Below are positions 29,005-39,171 of a stretch of 64,000 nucleotides of DNA, piece after piece (positions within the stretch are counted from its first letter, which is position 1; each line of letters begins with the position of its first letter). The position numbers and the translations under genes are program-made. This stretch comes from Candidatus Thorarchaeota archaeon (lineage in GTDB: Archaea > Asgardarchaeota > Thorarchaeia > Thorarchaeales > Thorarchaeaceae). The notes under the pieces are model-generated. The model was given only the letters and a program-made list of their open reading frames with translations. It was not told where the DNA came from and made no database searches. Location: positions 1-64,000 of the forward strand of contig SDNP01000001.1 in NCBI GenBank assembly GCA_004524445.1. Direction: 5' to 3'.

Positions 29005-29136
29005 GCATCTACACAATGATTGGCACAAAATTTGAAAGCATATCCCTGCTCTTCGCTTTTAACGCTATCAAAAGCGTTTTAATTACAGTTTCTTTGAGCA
29101 AAGATTAACAACCTACTAGCGGTTCGGTGAAATATC

Positions 29137-30921
29137 ATGCAAGCGGATCAATTACGCAAGAAGTACTTGGAATTCTTCAAACAAAAGGACCATAAAATCA
29201 TTCCATCAGCGTCTCTGGTACCTGAGAATGACCCAACTGTACTCTTCACCACTGCCGGAATGCACCCGCTAGTACCATATCTTCTTGGTCAATCTCACCC
29301 CATGGGAACACGCCTTGCGAGCGTCCAAAAATGTGTACGGACTACTGATATTGATGAAGTGGGCGACACAACTCATCTGACATTTTTTGAGATGCTTGGC
29401 AACTGGAGTCTAGGAGATTACTGGAAGGAAGAAGCCATCAAATGGAGTTATGAATTTCTTACTTCAGATGAATGGTTGGGATTCGATCCAGAATCTCTGT
29501 ATGTAACCGTGTTTGAAGGCGATCAGGATGCACCTCGTGATGAGGAGTCTGCTGAAGCTTGGAAGAAATATGGAATTCCCGAAGAGCGGATCTTCTATAT
29601 GCCCAAGAAGGATAATTGGTGGGGGCCAGCAGGAGCAACAGGCCCATGTGGGCCAGATACGGAGATGTTCATTGAGAATGATGAAATCCCACTATGTGGT
29701 CCTAATTGCAGACCGGGCTGCAATTGTGGCCATTTTGTCGAGGTCTGGAACGACGTTTTCATGCAATACAATAAGAAAGCAGATGGCACTTATGAACTCT
29801 TAGAACGCAAAAATATCGATACTGGAATGGGGCTGGAAAGAACCGCCGCGATGCTTCAGGGTGTTGCTACAGTCTATGAGACCGACCTATTCGTGCCAAT
29901 AATAGTGAAAATTCGAGAGATGGCGGATAGAGAGGAATTTGATGAAACTGACAGACGTCTTGTGAGAATTATCGCAGACCATATTCGTTCTGCTACTTTC
30001 ATCATGGCAGATGACCGCAAAATCGCCCCCTCCAATGTGGAACGGGGATATATTGTACGTAGGCTCTTGAGAAATGCAATTCATAGTGCAGATAGGTTAG
30101 GAATTGGTCAAGGCTTCATAGGCGAATTAGCAGAAATAGTAATCGACGTCTACAAAGACACCTATGATGAACTGGAGAGGAATAAGAAATTTATTCTGAA
30201 GCACGCGGAGCGAGAAGATAAGAAGTTTCGTAAAACATTGCGGAAGGCCTTACGGAAGCTGAATAGAATTCTGAAAAACACCGGAACTATTACCGGTGAG
30301 GATGCGTTCTTGCTCTTCACCAGTTTTGGGTTGCCTCCTGAGATGACACGAGAGATTGCTCGGGAGAATGGTATCAAGATTGATATGGATGAGTTTCATC
30401 GCCAATTTGAAGAACATAGAGAGAAGTCGCGCAGTGCTACTAAGGACAAATTCAAAGGAGGACTGGCTGACCACAGTGAGGTCATCACGAAACTCCATAC
30501 TGCCACGCATCTACTACAAGCGGCATTGAGAAAGGTGCTGGGGCCCAAAGTCAAGCAGAGTGGTAGTAATATAACGAAAGAACGAACTCGGTTCGATTTC
30601 ACGTTCCCGCGCAAGTTAACTGAAGAGGAATTGAAGGAAGTAGAAGACTTAGTTAACTGGGCTATCGACCAAGACATGAGAGTTGAGCGGGAGATTATGC
30701 CCTATGACGAAGCGATAGAAAAGGGAGCTTTAGCTTTCTTTAAGGAAAGGTATGGTGACAAGGTTTCTGTATACAAGGTAGATGATTTCAGCATGGAACT
30801 CTGTGGAGGGCCGCATGTTGAGCACACCGGTGAAATCAGCGGCTTCAAAATCAAGAAACAAGAAAATATTGGGGCGGGATTAGTTAGAATTCGAGGTGTA
30901 TTAGTCAGTGACGAAGACTAA
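29137..30921 (+). CDS. alaS: Alanine--tRNA ligase (short form, no C-Ala domain)
   Basis: LFTTAGM, HLTFFEMLGNWS, IDTGMGLER, editing HTATH and CGGPH. Confidence 0.96.
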   Translation: MQADQLRKKYLEFFKQKDHKIIPSASLVPENDPTVLFTTAGMHPLVPYLLGQSHPMGTRLASVQKCVRTTDIDEVGDTTHLTFFEMLGNWSLGDYWKEEAIKWSYEFLTSDEWLGFDPESLYVTVFEGDQDAPRDEESAEAWKKYGIPEERIFYMPKKDNWWGPAGATGPCGPDTEMFIENDEIPLCGPNCRPGCNCGHFVEVWNDVFMQYNKKADGTYELLERKNIDTGMGLERTAAMLQGVATVYETDLFVPIIVKIREMADREEFDETDRRLVRIIADHIRSATFIMADDRKIAPSNVERGYIVRRLLRNAIHSADRLGIGQGFIGELAEIVIDVYKDTYDELERNKKFILKHAEREDKKFRKTLRKALRKLNRILKNTGTITGEDAFLLFTSFGLPPEMTREIARENGIKIDMDEFHRQFEEHREKSRSATKDKFKGGLADHSEVITKLHTATHLLQAALRKVLGPKVKQSGSNITKERTRFDFTFPRKLTEEELKEVEDLVNWAIDQDMRVEREIMPYDEAIEKGALAFFKERYGDKVSVYKVDDFSMELCGGPHVEHTGEISGFKIKKQENIGAGLVRIRGVLVSDED

Positions 30922-30994
30922 CACTCCTTACCTCATTTTGGATCACCTGAATAATTCATAAGACAACATGGCTAATGGAGGATAGTGAGATAAA

Positions 30995-31657
30995 TTGGGA
31001 ACCTTTTCGAGAATCTTTGGAAGTGGAGATAAAGAACTCCAGAAGAAAGCAGACGAACTGCTGCTTGACATCAGCAAGGCATTTCAGTCAGCTAGTGCAA
31101 AGATGTGTGTTGCTGCTAATGAGTGGCAAAATGAGAACTATGATAAGATTGACGAACTCAAGGAGGAGATAATCGAGCTGGAGCGGGAAGCCGACCAAAA
31201 GAAGGAACGCATAGTCGAAGATATTCTCACAAAGCATGCATACTTACCTCAGCAGACGCGAGAGCGTCACAAACTTGTTAATCTAATGGATGCAATTGTT
31301 GATGCAAGCGAAGATGCAATAAGAATAATGGCCGTTGGCAAGGGAATTAAACCCCCAAGAGAAATTGCCCAAATTGCTAAAAAATGCTGGGTATGTACTG
31401 ATTATCTTCAGGACGCCTTGAAATACCTCTTCAAGGATTTTGATAAATCAGTCGAATATACCCACAAAGTCGACTCAGTCCGTGAAGAAGCTCGGGATAC
31501 CGCGTTCGAATTACTTGACTATCTGTATCAAAGAGCAAGACATGACACAAAGGAGCTCATGTTCTTCCAAACTGTAGCGGAGCGAATCTTGGAGGTGGCT
31601 ATTAATGCCGAGATCACTGGGGACTTTATTCGTGAACTGGCTGTGAGGTATTCTTAG
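30995..31657 (+). CDS. DUF47/PhoU-like phosphate transport regulator
   Basis: LEREAD motif, helical; directly upstream of PiT. Confidence 0.85.
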   Translation: MGTFSRIFGSGDKELQKKADELLLDISKAFQSASAKMCVAANEWQNENYDKIDELKEEIIELEREADQKKERIVEDILTKHAYLPQQTRERHKLVNLMDAIVDASEDAIRIMAVGKGIKPPREIAQIAKKCWVCTDYLQDALKYLFKDFDKSVEYTHKVDSVREEARDTAFELLDYLYQRARHDTKELMFFQTVAERILEVAINAEITGDFIRELAVRYS

Positions 31658-31674
31658 TCGGAGGATTTCCTCTT

Positions 31675-32703
31675 TTGGATATCGTAATCCTTGCAGTCCT
31701 ACTCGTCATTGGCTTCATTGTTGCATTTGCAATTGGAAGCAACGATGAAACAATGAGTCCTGCAGTTGGAGCCAAGGTCTTTTCTTTAAAGGCGGCTGTA
31801 CTGCTTGGCGCATTTATCAATCTGATTGGAGCTGCCTTTCTGGGAGGCGGAGTATCTGAGAAAGTTGGCTCTGATTTAGTGTCCGGAAATATCCTGAGCA
31901 TCGATATGGTATTGGCGATACTCATCTCAATGGCTATCTGGCTCCTTGTGGCGTCGAGTACGAAGGGGCTTCCAATCAGTACTACTCAATGTATTGTAGG
32001 ATCTGTTATTGGCGTTGCATTGGTAGCTCCAGCAGCGGGATTACTTGGCTGGGGCGTGGGAGCAATTGATTGGCAGGTCATGCTTCAGATTTTTCTGGGA
32101 TGGGTCGTTTCTCCAATTATTGGATTCCTTATTTCAGGAGTCTTTATCTCACTCATAAGAAACATTCTCCGCAAAGCACGAGGATTTACGGGGCGAGAGC
32201 GTATCGAGCAGATTGCTGCATATGGCCTTGCCGTATTTCTCATAGTCACAGGGCTTAGTAGAGGTGGAAACGATGTAGCAAATGCAGTGGCTCCTATGGT
32301 AAACCTCGAAGGATTCCAGACCACGTTCAATGTTGGCCCTATCTCGATTCCTGGGGCGCTCATACCTCTAATTGTTGGCGGCTTGGGGATGGGTTTAGGG
32401 CTGATTGTGGTGGGCAGGAAGGTCATAAGAACTCTAGCAACAGAAGTTGTAACTCTGGAACCAACGACAGCTCTGGCAGCTAGCATTTCTGTATCTCTAG
32501 TTATGTTCATCGGAACTCTCTTGGGCTTTCCTCTGAGCGGTACCCATGTGCTTGTGGCTGCTCTCATTGCGGTTGGATATGTTGCGAAAACGCCTGTGAA
32601 GATGAAACAGGTTCGTGATATTCTGATTTCTTGGGTCGTGACTGTGCCAATCTCTGCCTTCTTGGGTGCTATGGTCTTTGCCGTGGTAATAATGGTATTC
32701 TAA
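31675..32703 (+). CDS. pit: PiT family inorganic phosphate transporter
   Basis: GSNDE and GGNDVANA signatures, PISTTQ / PLSGTH. Confidence 0.92.
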   Translation: MDIVILAVLLVIGFIVAFAIGSNDETMSPAVGAKVFSLKAAVLLGAFINLIGAAFLGGGVSEKVGSDLVSGNILSIDMVLAILISMAIWLLVASSTKGLPISTTQCIVGSVIGVALVAPAAGLLGWGVGAIDWQVMLQIFLGWVVSPIIGFLISGVFISLIRNILRKARGFTGRERIEQIAAYGLAVFLIVTGLSRGGNDVANAVAPMVNLEGFQTTFNVGPISIPGALIPLIVGGLGMGLGLIVVGRKVIRTLATEVVTLEPTTALAASISVSLVMFIGTLLGFPLSGTHVLVAALIAVGYVAKTPVKMKQVRDILISWVVTVPISAFLGAMVFAVVIMVF

Positions 32704-33587
32704 ATGGTTTCTTCATAGGCTTCAAAGAAATCCATGGGGCCTCTCTTGACTGTGGTACGGAGTCTATCCCGACCCAGTGTTTCATCAATGCTCCGACACA
32801 TTTCAGTGCCCGCGATATACCAGAGTCGTTCGTTTCGACCACTCATTCTCTCAATAATTTCATAATCCTTATCTTCAATTTTTTTCTCATCTAGACTTTC
32901 AATTTGCTCCAAGAGATTCCAGTATGTGGCGCATCTATCAGATGTCTTCTCTGGATGATTAAGTGTTGAATAGTCTTGGTGCGAGAACCCTTTCTCTTTG
33001 CGCCTCGTCGCAAGAGGAGCATACGTTGCCAATCCTTCTAGATGCGTCGAATATCGGACAATATCGAGGAAATCCTTCATTGTGTTAAGGGTTGAAAATG
33101 AGTATATTGGATTGTAGTGAGTGTATCCAACATGATGACTCTCATGCATTGCGAAGTACAGTAATTCCCGTTTATCTTTTTCATAATGTCTGGCGGCTAA
33201 GTTCAGGAATGCATCCCCCTTGGAAACAATACCGATATCGTAGCCGACTATCCCATGGATTTTGAAGTTTAGATTAATGTCGGAGGGCAAGAATTGAGCC
33301 ACCTCTCGAAGGAGCGCGCGCAGATGCTGCTCATTCTTCTCTAGGTACTGCAGAGATGATTCGATTCTTTCTCTCACTTGTGAGCCATTCTGGAATACAT
33401 CGTTAAGTATTGATTTCCAGAACGAGATGAGCTCTTGAGTCGTATTATTGAAACGTGTTGCATGATGATGGACAGCTATTGCGGCCTTATGGTCCATTAA
33501 TTCTGCAAGAAGTGTTTCGGATGACTCCTTTCCATATCTCAGAACCAATTCAATAAAACTTGCATCAAAGGAGCCTGAGAACACCAC
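32700..33587 (-). CDS. Putative Zn-dependent protease (DUF5700-like)
   Basis: HESHH motif plus downstream EGLA. Confidence 0.7.
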   Translation of the reverse strand: MVFSGSFDASFIELVLRYGKESSETLLAELMDHKAAIAVHHHATRFNNTTQELISFWKSILNDVFQNGSQVRERIESSLQYLEKNEQHLRALLREVAQFLPSDINLNFKIHGIVGYDIGIVSKGDAFLNLAARHYEKDKRELLYFAMHESHHVGYTHYNPIYSFSTLNTMKDFLDIVRYSTHLEGLATYAPLATRRKEKGFSHQDYSTLNHPEKTSDRCATYWNLLEQIESLDEKKIEDKDYEIIERMSGRNERLWYIAGTEMCRSIDETLGRDRLRTTVKRGPMDFFEAYEETI

Positions 33588-33600
33588 GAATCAATTCGCC

Positions 33601-34383
33601 TCATCCTGCTATTACATTTCTACCTGCTTCAGGCTTCTTGTGGATAATAAGATACTCCTTAGCTTTGGCTCCCAGTGATTTAGCTTCCATCTCCGTCAGA
33701 TGTACTCTTTTCTCTGGGTCAGGGTGTCGTTCATAAGTGGCCTCGATTATGGCAACGTCCGCATCCTCCACCAATTTTTCAGCGCTATCACACATCCTGG
33801 TATCACCTGTATATGAAACAACCGTTTGTCCTATCCCCACTCTGTATCCTACAGCTGGCATGAGAACTTCTCTATCAGATTGGTTCTCCATTCCATAATG
33901 TTCTACAGATAGTGATTTCAACTTGAAGAAATCGGTATCAAATCCTGAGTTGTGCTGCAAGCGAAAAATCCGAATTTGAAATGGGAGTGTTTCCGAGTAA
34001 GACTCCTTGAATGCACTCACTAGGTTGGACACCTCGTCGCATCCATTGGGAATGAGAATACGGAGAGGTTTCTTGCGACCCAACATTCTCAGGAAACCAA
34101 GAAGAGTCCATAGTCCTCCCATGTGATCAAAATGTCCGTGAGTGATGGCAATCAGATCTATCTCTGTTACGAAGTCTAATTCCCCTATTTCAACCAAATC
34201 CCGCACTGCGCCATCCCCTACATCAATGAGCAAAATCTTTCCCGTGAACTTAGATGTAACCACTATAGTAGTACCAATTCCAGCAGTGCTGTATGGAATA
34301 TCGACTGAAACTTCATCATTTTCCCAGCTAGCAGAATATTTCGTCATTGTTGGCATAGTTATCACATTATCCAGCAGGTACAA
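33601..34383 (-). CDS. MBL-fold metallo-hydrolase (RNase Z-like)
   Basis: LIDVGDG, THGHFDH, YTGDT, EATY, VHLT; start probably ~34356. Confidence 0.85.
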   Translation of the reverse strand: MYLLDNVITMPTMTKYSASWENDEVSVDIPYSTAGIGTTIVVTSKFTGKILLIDVGDGAVRDLVEIGELDFVTEIDLIAITHGHFDHMGGLWTLLGFLRMLGRKKPLRILIPNGCDEVSNLVSAFKESYSETLPFQIRIFRLQHNSGFDTDFFKLKSLSVEHYGMENQSDREVLMPAVGYRVGIGQTVVSYTGDTRMCDSAEKLVEDADVAIIEATYERHPDPEKRVHLTEMEAKSLGAKAKEYLIIHKKPEAGRNVIAG

Positions 34384-34487
34384 TCCAATTCTTTCTGGAA
34401 TTGATTATGTTGCAACTGGACAGCAGGCAACAAAAACATGTCGTATCAAATGAACGGATCCTTGAAGAAAGTCATTTAATGAGAAGT

Positions 34488-34506
34488 GGCCCTCCCAAGG
34501 AGGGCC
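34488..34506. terminator. GC-rich hairpin downstream of 34545-35678
   Basis: GGCCCTCC-caa-GGAGGGCC. Confidence 0.45.
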
Positions 34507-34544
34507 CATTCCATCCGAATCGTTTTCTTACTGATTCCTTTTCA

Positions 34545-35678
34545 TTAGCCGCTGCCAAGTTCGGGAATTCGCGATAGCCAATTCATGAAGTAGGCGAAGA
34601 GAACTGATACTACAAGACCTGCTGTGGTAAGCAGAAGCATGTCAATTAGGCTGGGTGTTGCTCCGTAAAACAGCTGTTGCCAGCTGTAGTACATGGCTGA
34701 AAGAGTCATTCCCGCAAATGCCACCTTCATTAGTGGGACCTTCATGCTTTTGGTATGAAATATTCCCAGTGTAGTTAGGGCTGCTGCGAGAGCACCCGCC
34801 TTGTCCGGTCTGAGGCCGACTCGTTTTGCAAATTTTCCAACAGGCACTTTTGATTTTGGCGGCACTGCTCTCAATGCTTTTGGAGCATACTCTGCAATCT
34901 CATCCGAAAAGTCCGTGGCGGCGTTTCTTGTTCGTCTAATTAGTTCCTCTTTGCTAATCTTCTCCGCCTCACTCTTCTTGGGACTACGTCTAAGAACCAG
35001 CTCTTTCGGAAATATACCTACGTCCGACGCAGATTTTGCTCCTCTAACTTTCCTAGCAGACAGAATCGCTCCTTGAAAATTATCCAGTGAAAGAAGCAGA
35101 CTAAATACTCCCATTACTGTAAAGCCGACTGTCAATAATCCATTAAGTGAGGTCACTGCTGCCACGCCTTGCGGCCCAACTCTCAAAACGAAGTTTTCTT
35201 CTACTTGTGCATGCTCGTCAGGACTGGTGAGAAGCGAGTAATTGAATGTGAAAGTGCCAACTATTGACCCCGAAAAAAGATCTATTCCTTGCGGTCCGGA
35301 CAATGAACTCAAGTCCATTGATTCATTGAGTACAGGCACCGTTATGCCCGCTGGAACTATCTGGTCAATATCAAAAGACTGACCAAAGATAGGAATTCCA
35401 AGATATTCCATAGAGAAGGCACCTGAATGCAGGGTCATATTATTTTGAACATCAAGGGTCAATTCCAGGTCGATTGGAGTCGAAATATTAACTGGAATTG
35501 GGTTCGATGAATTTGAGTATGCTGCGGAAATGTCATTTACCTTAAGCAGAAAGGCGAGATTTTCGTCACCACTCCAACCCGGGGGCTGTGCATTTGCAGG
35601 CATTAACACCATTGACCAGAATAATACAGACATAGTCAAGATTAGTAGCTTGTGTGATATCTTCTTCTTCACGTTCAT
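34545..35678 (-). CDS. Hypothetical membrane protein with extracellular beta domain and basic cytoplasmic domain
   Basis: Signal peptide, N-glycosylation-like sequons, TM, basic region, two C-terminal TM. Confidence 0.7.
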   Translation of the reverse strand: MNVKKKISHKLLILTMSVLFWSMVLMPANAQPPGWSGDENLAFLLKVNDISAAYSNSSNPIPVNISTPIDLELTLDVQNNMTLHSGAFSMEYLGIPIFGQSFDIDQIVPAGITVPVLNESMDLSSLSGPQGIDLFSGSIVGTFTFNYSLLTSPDEHAQVEENFVLRVGPQGVAAVTSLNGLLTVGFTVMGVFSLLLSLDNFQGAILSARKVRGAKSASDVGIFPKELVLRRSPKKSEAEKISKEELIRRTRNAATDFSDEIAEYAPKALRAVPPKSKVPVGKFAKRVGLRPDKAGALAAALTTLGIFHTKSMKVPLMKVAFAGMTLSAMYYSWQQLFYGATPSLIDMLLLTTAGLVVSVLFAYFMNWLSRIPELGSG

Positions 35679-35751
35679 TGCCTCCTAGTTTTTGCAGGTT
35701 TTTACATATGCATGCAGCCCTTTAATTTCCATCTCGTCTGTTAACATGGGC

Positions 35752-36135
35752 TTATTCCTCATCACCTAATGCCTTCTTTATTTCTCGGTCGAAATCCTCG
35801 TCATTCTCTGGAGTAAAAATGATTGCTCGCTTTGGGATTTCTTCCGAATGCGTCCTCCAGTTTATCACCATGCCCAAAATTCCACCCCCTAAGAATGAGA
35901 GGATTGAAAGAATCACTAAATTCCAATCTACCGAAAGAGAGAGTGCGAATGACGCTGCAAGTATATAGCCTCCAACAATGGAGATGATTGGCATAGCAGT
36001 CATTTTCAAGATCTGACTGACTTCGGTCAATCCTCCCAAAGCGTACCCAGATCCTAATCCTATGAATAATGGAATCGACCAGAATTGAATTATTTGAATA
36101 TCAAATATTCCCTGCATAACTGCGACCTCTACCAA
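35752..36135 (-). CDS. Hypothetical 3-TM membrane protein
   Basis: Three hydrophobic helices, acidic tail. Confidence 0.65.
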   Translation of the reverse strand: MVEVAVMQGIFDIQIIQFWSIPLFIGLGSGYALGGLTEVSQILKMTAMPIISIVGGYILAASFALSLSVDWNLVILSILSFLGGGILGMVINWRTHSEEIPKRAIIFTPENDEDFDREIKKALGDEE

Positions 36136-36179
36136 GTTAGCTCGTCTCGGGGACCAAGCTCTCTATCTGTTTGTTGGCA

Positions 36180-36728
36180 CTACCAGCCATCTCTATGGAC
36201 AATATCAGTGAATGCTTTGCGGGTTCTTGGCTTTCTCTCCTTTTCTTTGGTTCTTTCGTCCAATTTGTCGAAATCTCCCTCATATCCAATGAATATGACT
36301 GTGGCGATTCTATATTCATCAGGAATATTCAACATGTCTCTGAGAATTTGCTCATCCCATCCGGCTGTTGGATGTGCAAGCAATCCTAGATGGACAGCCT
36401 GCAACAAAATATTCTCCGTGGCCAATCCAACATCCATCATGTAATAGGGAAGTCCGTGTGATGTACAGCCCCCGCTTTGCTCAGTAACAACAAGCACCAT
36501 TACGGGTGCTCGTTTACCCCATGCATTTCCTCTGCTAAGTCCTTCATGTGCTTTACTCAGTGTTTCTTTATCTGTCAACACTACAAATTCCCAAGCCTGT
36601 GTATTTGAACAAGAGGGAGCCCATCTTCCCGCTTCAAGGATTGAGTCAATCATCTCTTCTGTGACAGGCTCATCTGAAAACGCTCGTCCACTCTTTCTAT
36701 TCTTTATCTCTTCTAACAGTTGCACCAT
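36180..36728 (-). CDS. Nitroreductase family protein
   Basis: RKSGRAF, WAPSCSNTQAW, DVGLATENILLQA. Confidence 0.9.
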   Translation of the reverse strand: MVQLLEEIKNRKSGRAFSDEPVTEEMIDSILEAGRWAPSCSNTQAWEFVVLTDKETLSKAHEGLSRGNAWGKRAPVMVLVVTEQSGGCTSHGLPYYMMDVGLATENILLQAVHLGLLAHPTAGWDEQILRDMLNIPDEYRIATVIFIGYEGDFDKLDERTKEKERKPRTRKAFTDIVHRDGW

Positions 36729-36764
36729 TAAATCTCACCCCTACAAATGAGCTGACAGCCTAAA

Positions 36765-36932
36765 TCAGCTTCTAATTTTCATAGATTGCCCGCAATGTTC
36801 TGGTATTGGCTGATGGCCACAGGCTGAGCCCATCCAGCATACTAATTGATCATCTTCTTTATGCATTTCCTTTCCACAATGGACTGGAACTGACACTTCT
36901 TCTCCACAAATCTCGCACACAAGTTTTCCCAT
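36765..36932 (-). CDS. 55-aa Cys/His metal-binding protein with duplicated C..C...HCG motif
   Basis: MGKLVCEICGEEVSVPVHCGKEMHKEDDQLVCWMGSACGHQPIPEHCGQSMKIRS; GGTGA upstream; below ORF-track cutoff. Confidence 0.75.
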   Translation of the reverse strand: MGKLVCEICGEEVSVPVHCGKEMHKEDDQLVCWMGSACGHQPIPEHCGQSMKIRS

Positions 36933-36971
36933 TCATTTTCACCTTTAACTGAAAACAGCTTTTATGAGAGA

Positions 36972-36990
36972 TAAATATTAACAATATTTA
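36972..36990. promoter_or_regulatory. Palindromic operator-like site
   Basis: TAAATATT-AAC-AATATTTA about 40 bp upstream of the small metal-binding gene. Confidence 0.4.
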
Positions 36991-37035
36991 ACCTTTGTTG
37001 AATGGAAACGGGTTGCCACTCGGTTTTACCCCACA

Positions 37036-38295
37036 CTAATCCGGCATGTATTTATCCGCTGGTTCAGTATACACCTTTTCCTCTGTCTTATGTGCTCCGG
37101 GCGTATCCAGTTCTATATCACGTTTAAGCGACTTGTCTTCATCTAGGATCTCATTGAAAACTTCATTTTGAATTATGAGTCGTTGTACTTCGTTGCTTCC
37201 AGTCCAGATTGATGCTAATCGGGCGTCACGATATAGCCTTTCAATTGGGTAAACATCCGTATATCCAATTCCGCCGAGTATTTGCATTGCTTCATGTACC
37301 GCCTTGAATCCCGCCTCTGTTGCATATGCCTTGGCCATTGAAACTTCTTTCCTGCACCACTTCCCTGTATCTGCGGCCTTAGCAGCTCTGTAAACAAGTC
37401 CCCTAGCTGCATCTAACTCGGTGGCACAATCTGCTACCTTGAAGCTGATTCCCTCAAATCTGCGGATTGGCCTCCCGAAGGCTTCTCTCTTATTTGAGTA
37501 TCGTACTGCGATTTCTAGGGCAGCCCTACCCATACCAATCGGCCCTGCAGCGGAAGTAATCCGCTCTGGGACCATCATAGCATTGAAGATGTCTGTTCCA
37601 CCATTGATTTCTCCAACCAGATTCTCTTCAGGAATCTCCGTATTTTCCATAACAATACGGGCCGCGCCCATTCCCCTGCAACCCATTAGCTCATATTCTT
37701 CCTCAACATCAACCCCGGCGTCTCGGTCGACAAGAAATGCACTAAGTGATTTATGGGGTGGCGCGTCGAAGTCAGTCTTGGCGTATACGATGAAATAATC
37801 GGCTCCAACTCCTCCCGCCACAAACCGCTTTTCTCCATTCAAAATATAGTTATCATCGCGGTGCACCGCAACAGTAATCGTTCCGAAGAAATCGGACCCA
37901 CCACGGGGTTCAGTCAGTCCCTCACCACATATCTTCTCACCAGAAAGGGTTGGTTTCAGATACTCCTTCTTTTGGTATTCAGAACCAAACTTGTCAATAG
38001 CCTCCCCCACAATGCTTGGGAGAGAATATGCACAGCCCAAAGCTATGCCGAGGACACCAACTTCCTCAAGGGCAATAATCTCTGAAACCCAATCGAGCTC
38101 TCTTCCACCGTATTCTTTTGGGAATCTCAAGCCTAGCAGATCAGCTTCTGCTGCTGCTTTGATGAATTCATATGGGTATTCCTTCTCCTTTGAGTCCATC
38201 GCAATCAATAGATCTGGGTCCACTTTGTCACGAACAAAAAATCTCACTTCGTCACGGAGCTTTTTCTCAGCTTCTGTAAGCAAAACATCAAACAT
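37036..38295 (-). CDS. Acyl-CoA dehydrogenase
   Basis: LTEPRGGSD, LNGEKRFV, REAFG, QILGGIGY, RLYRDAR..IWTGSNEVQR. Confidence 0.93.
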   Translation of the reverse strand: MFDVLLTEAEKKLRDEVRFFVRDKVDPDLLIAMDSKEKEYPYEFIKAAAEADLLGLRFPKEYGGRELDWVSEIIALEEVGVLGIALGCAYSLPSIVGEAIDKFGSEYQKKEYLKPTLSGEKICGEGLTEPRGGSDFFGTITVAVHRDDNYILNGEKRFVAGGVGADYFIVYAKTDFDAPPHKSLSAFLVDRDAGVDVEEEYELMGCRGMGAARIVMENTEIPEENLVGEINGGTDIFNAMMVPERITSAAGPIGMGRAALEIAVRYSNKREAFGRPIRRFEGISFKVADCATELDAARGLVYRAAKAADTGKWCRKEVSMAKAYATEAGFKAVHEAMQILGGIGYTDVYPIERLYRDARLASIWTGSNEVQRLIIQNEVFNEILDEDKSLKRDIELDTPGAHKTEEKVYTEPADKYMPD

Positions 38296-38317
38296 TATCC
38301 GAACCTCGCTGGTATTT

Positions 38318-38659
38318 CTATGAAGAACCCCGTAATAAAGAGTCTAGGGTTTCTTGAGATCCTCCCTCTTGTATCACGGAAATGGCATCGGTGGGACAAA
38401 CCAACTCACATGCATTGCACAAAATACAATTCCTCTCATTTTCTGGAATTGCAATGATGTTTGCATCTTCTTCGGCCATTATAAAAACATCCGTTGGACA
38501 TGCCTCAATGCACTTCATGCACCCAATACAAGAAGAACCGTGAACTCCTACTCGAGTTCCATATATTTTGCCTTCTGACGCATCACTAGTCCAGACCTGA
38601 AGGCCTCTTATGACACCACTGGCACTCCAATTCGTGCGATATGATTTATCGATTGCCAC
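38318..38659 (-). CDS. 2[4Fe-4S] ferredoxin
   Basis: CIGCMKCIEACP and CILCNACELVCP. Confidence 0.88.
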   Translation of the reverse strand: MAIDKSYRTNWSASGVIRGLQVWTSDASEGKIYGTRVGVHGSSCIGCMKCIEACPTDVFIMAEEDANIIAIPENERNCILCNACELVCPTDAISVIQEGGSQETLDSLLRGSS

Positions 38660-38745
38660 AGTCTGCTATTTTTCTAGCCCCTCTTATATCGTCTGTCTCA
38701 GGTTTCACTACACTAGCTATCTTCATGAAAACCTGCAATTGACAG

Positions 38746-39171
38746 TTACATATCGCCGAGTCGATTTTCGCCTTCAATTGATTTGAAGGGTGTTATGTTC
38801 ATCGATGCCTCTAAAGTCCCGAGATAATTTCCATCGCCATCCCTTATTGCATAATATCGTATGAGAATTTTCCTGGGATTACCATTTTCGGGCATATCAA
38901 TCCAAAAATCAATATGATCTCGTTCGCCACTTTTCAATAACGAGATGACCTCGTTTACCTTGTCAATGCTCTCTTTTGGGTGACACATTTGCACACTTCT
39001 ACCAATGACTCCAGGGCCTCGTGGAAACAAACGTTCTCCATGTTTGTTCCAGTAGAGAACTTCGTCATCTGCATCAATAACTGAGAATTCAACCGGTAGA
39101 GTATCATGAATATGTGCGAGTAATTCTATATCCATAGAACCAAGTGCATCTAGTAATGGCTTTATCAACAT
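38746..39171 (-). CDS. PAS domain protein (PAS_10/DUF438-associated type)
   Basis: LPVEFSVIDADD, IGRSVQMCHP, YYAIRDGDGNYLGTLE. Confidence 0.88.
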   Translation of the reverse strand: MLIKPLLDALGSMDIELLAHIHDTLPVEFSVIDADDEVLYWNKHGERLFPRGPGVIGRSVQMCHPKESIDKVNEVISLLKSGERDHIDFWIDMPENGNPRKILIRYYAIRDGDGNYLGTLEASMNITPFKSIEGENRLGDM

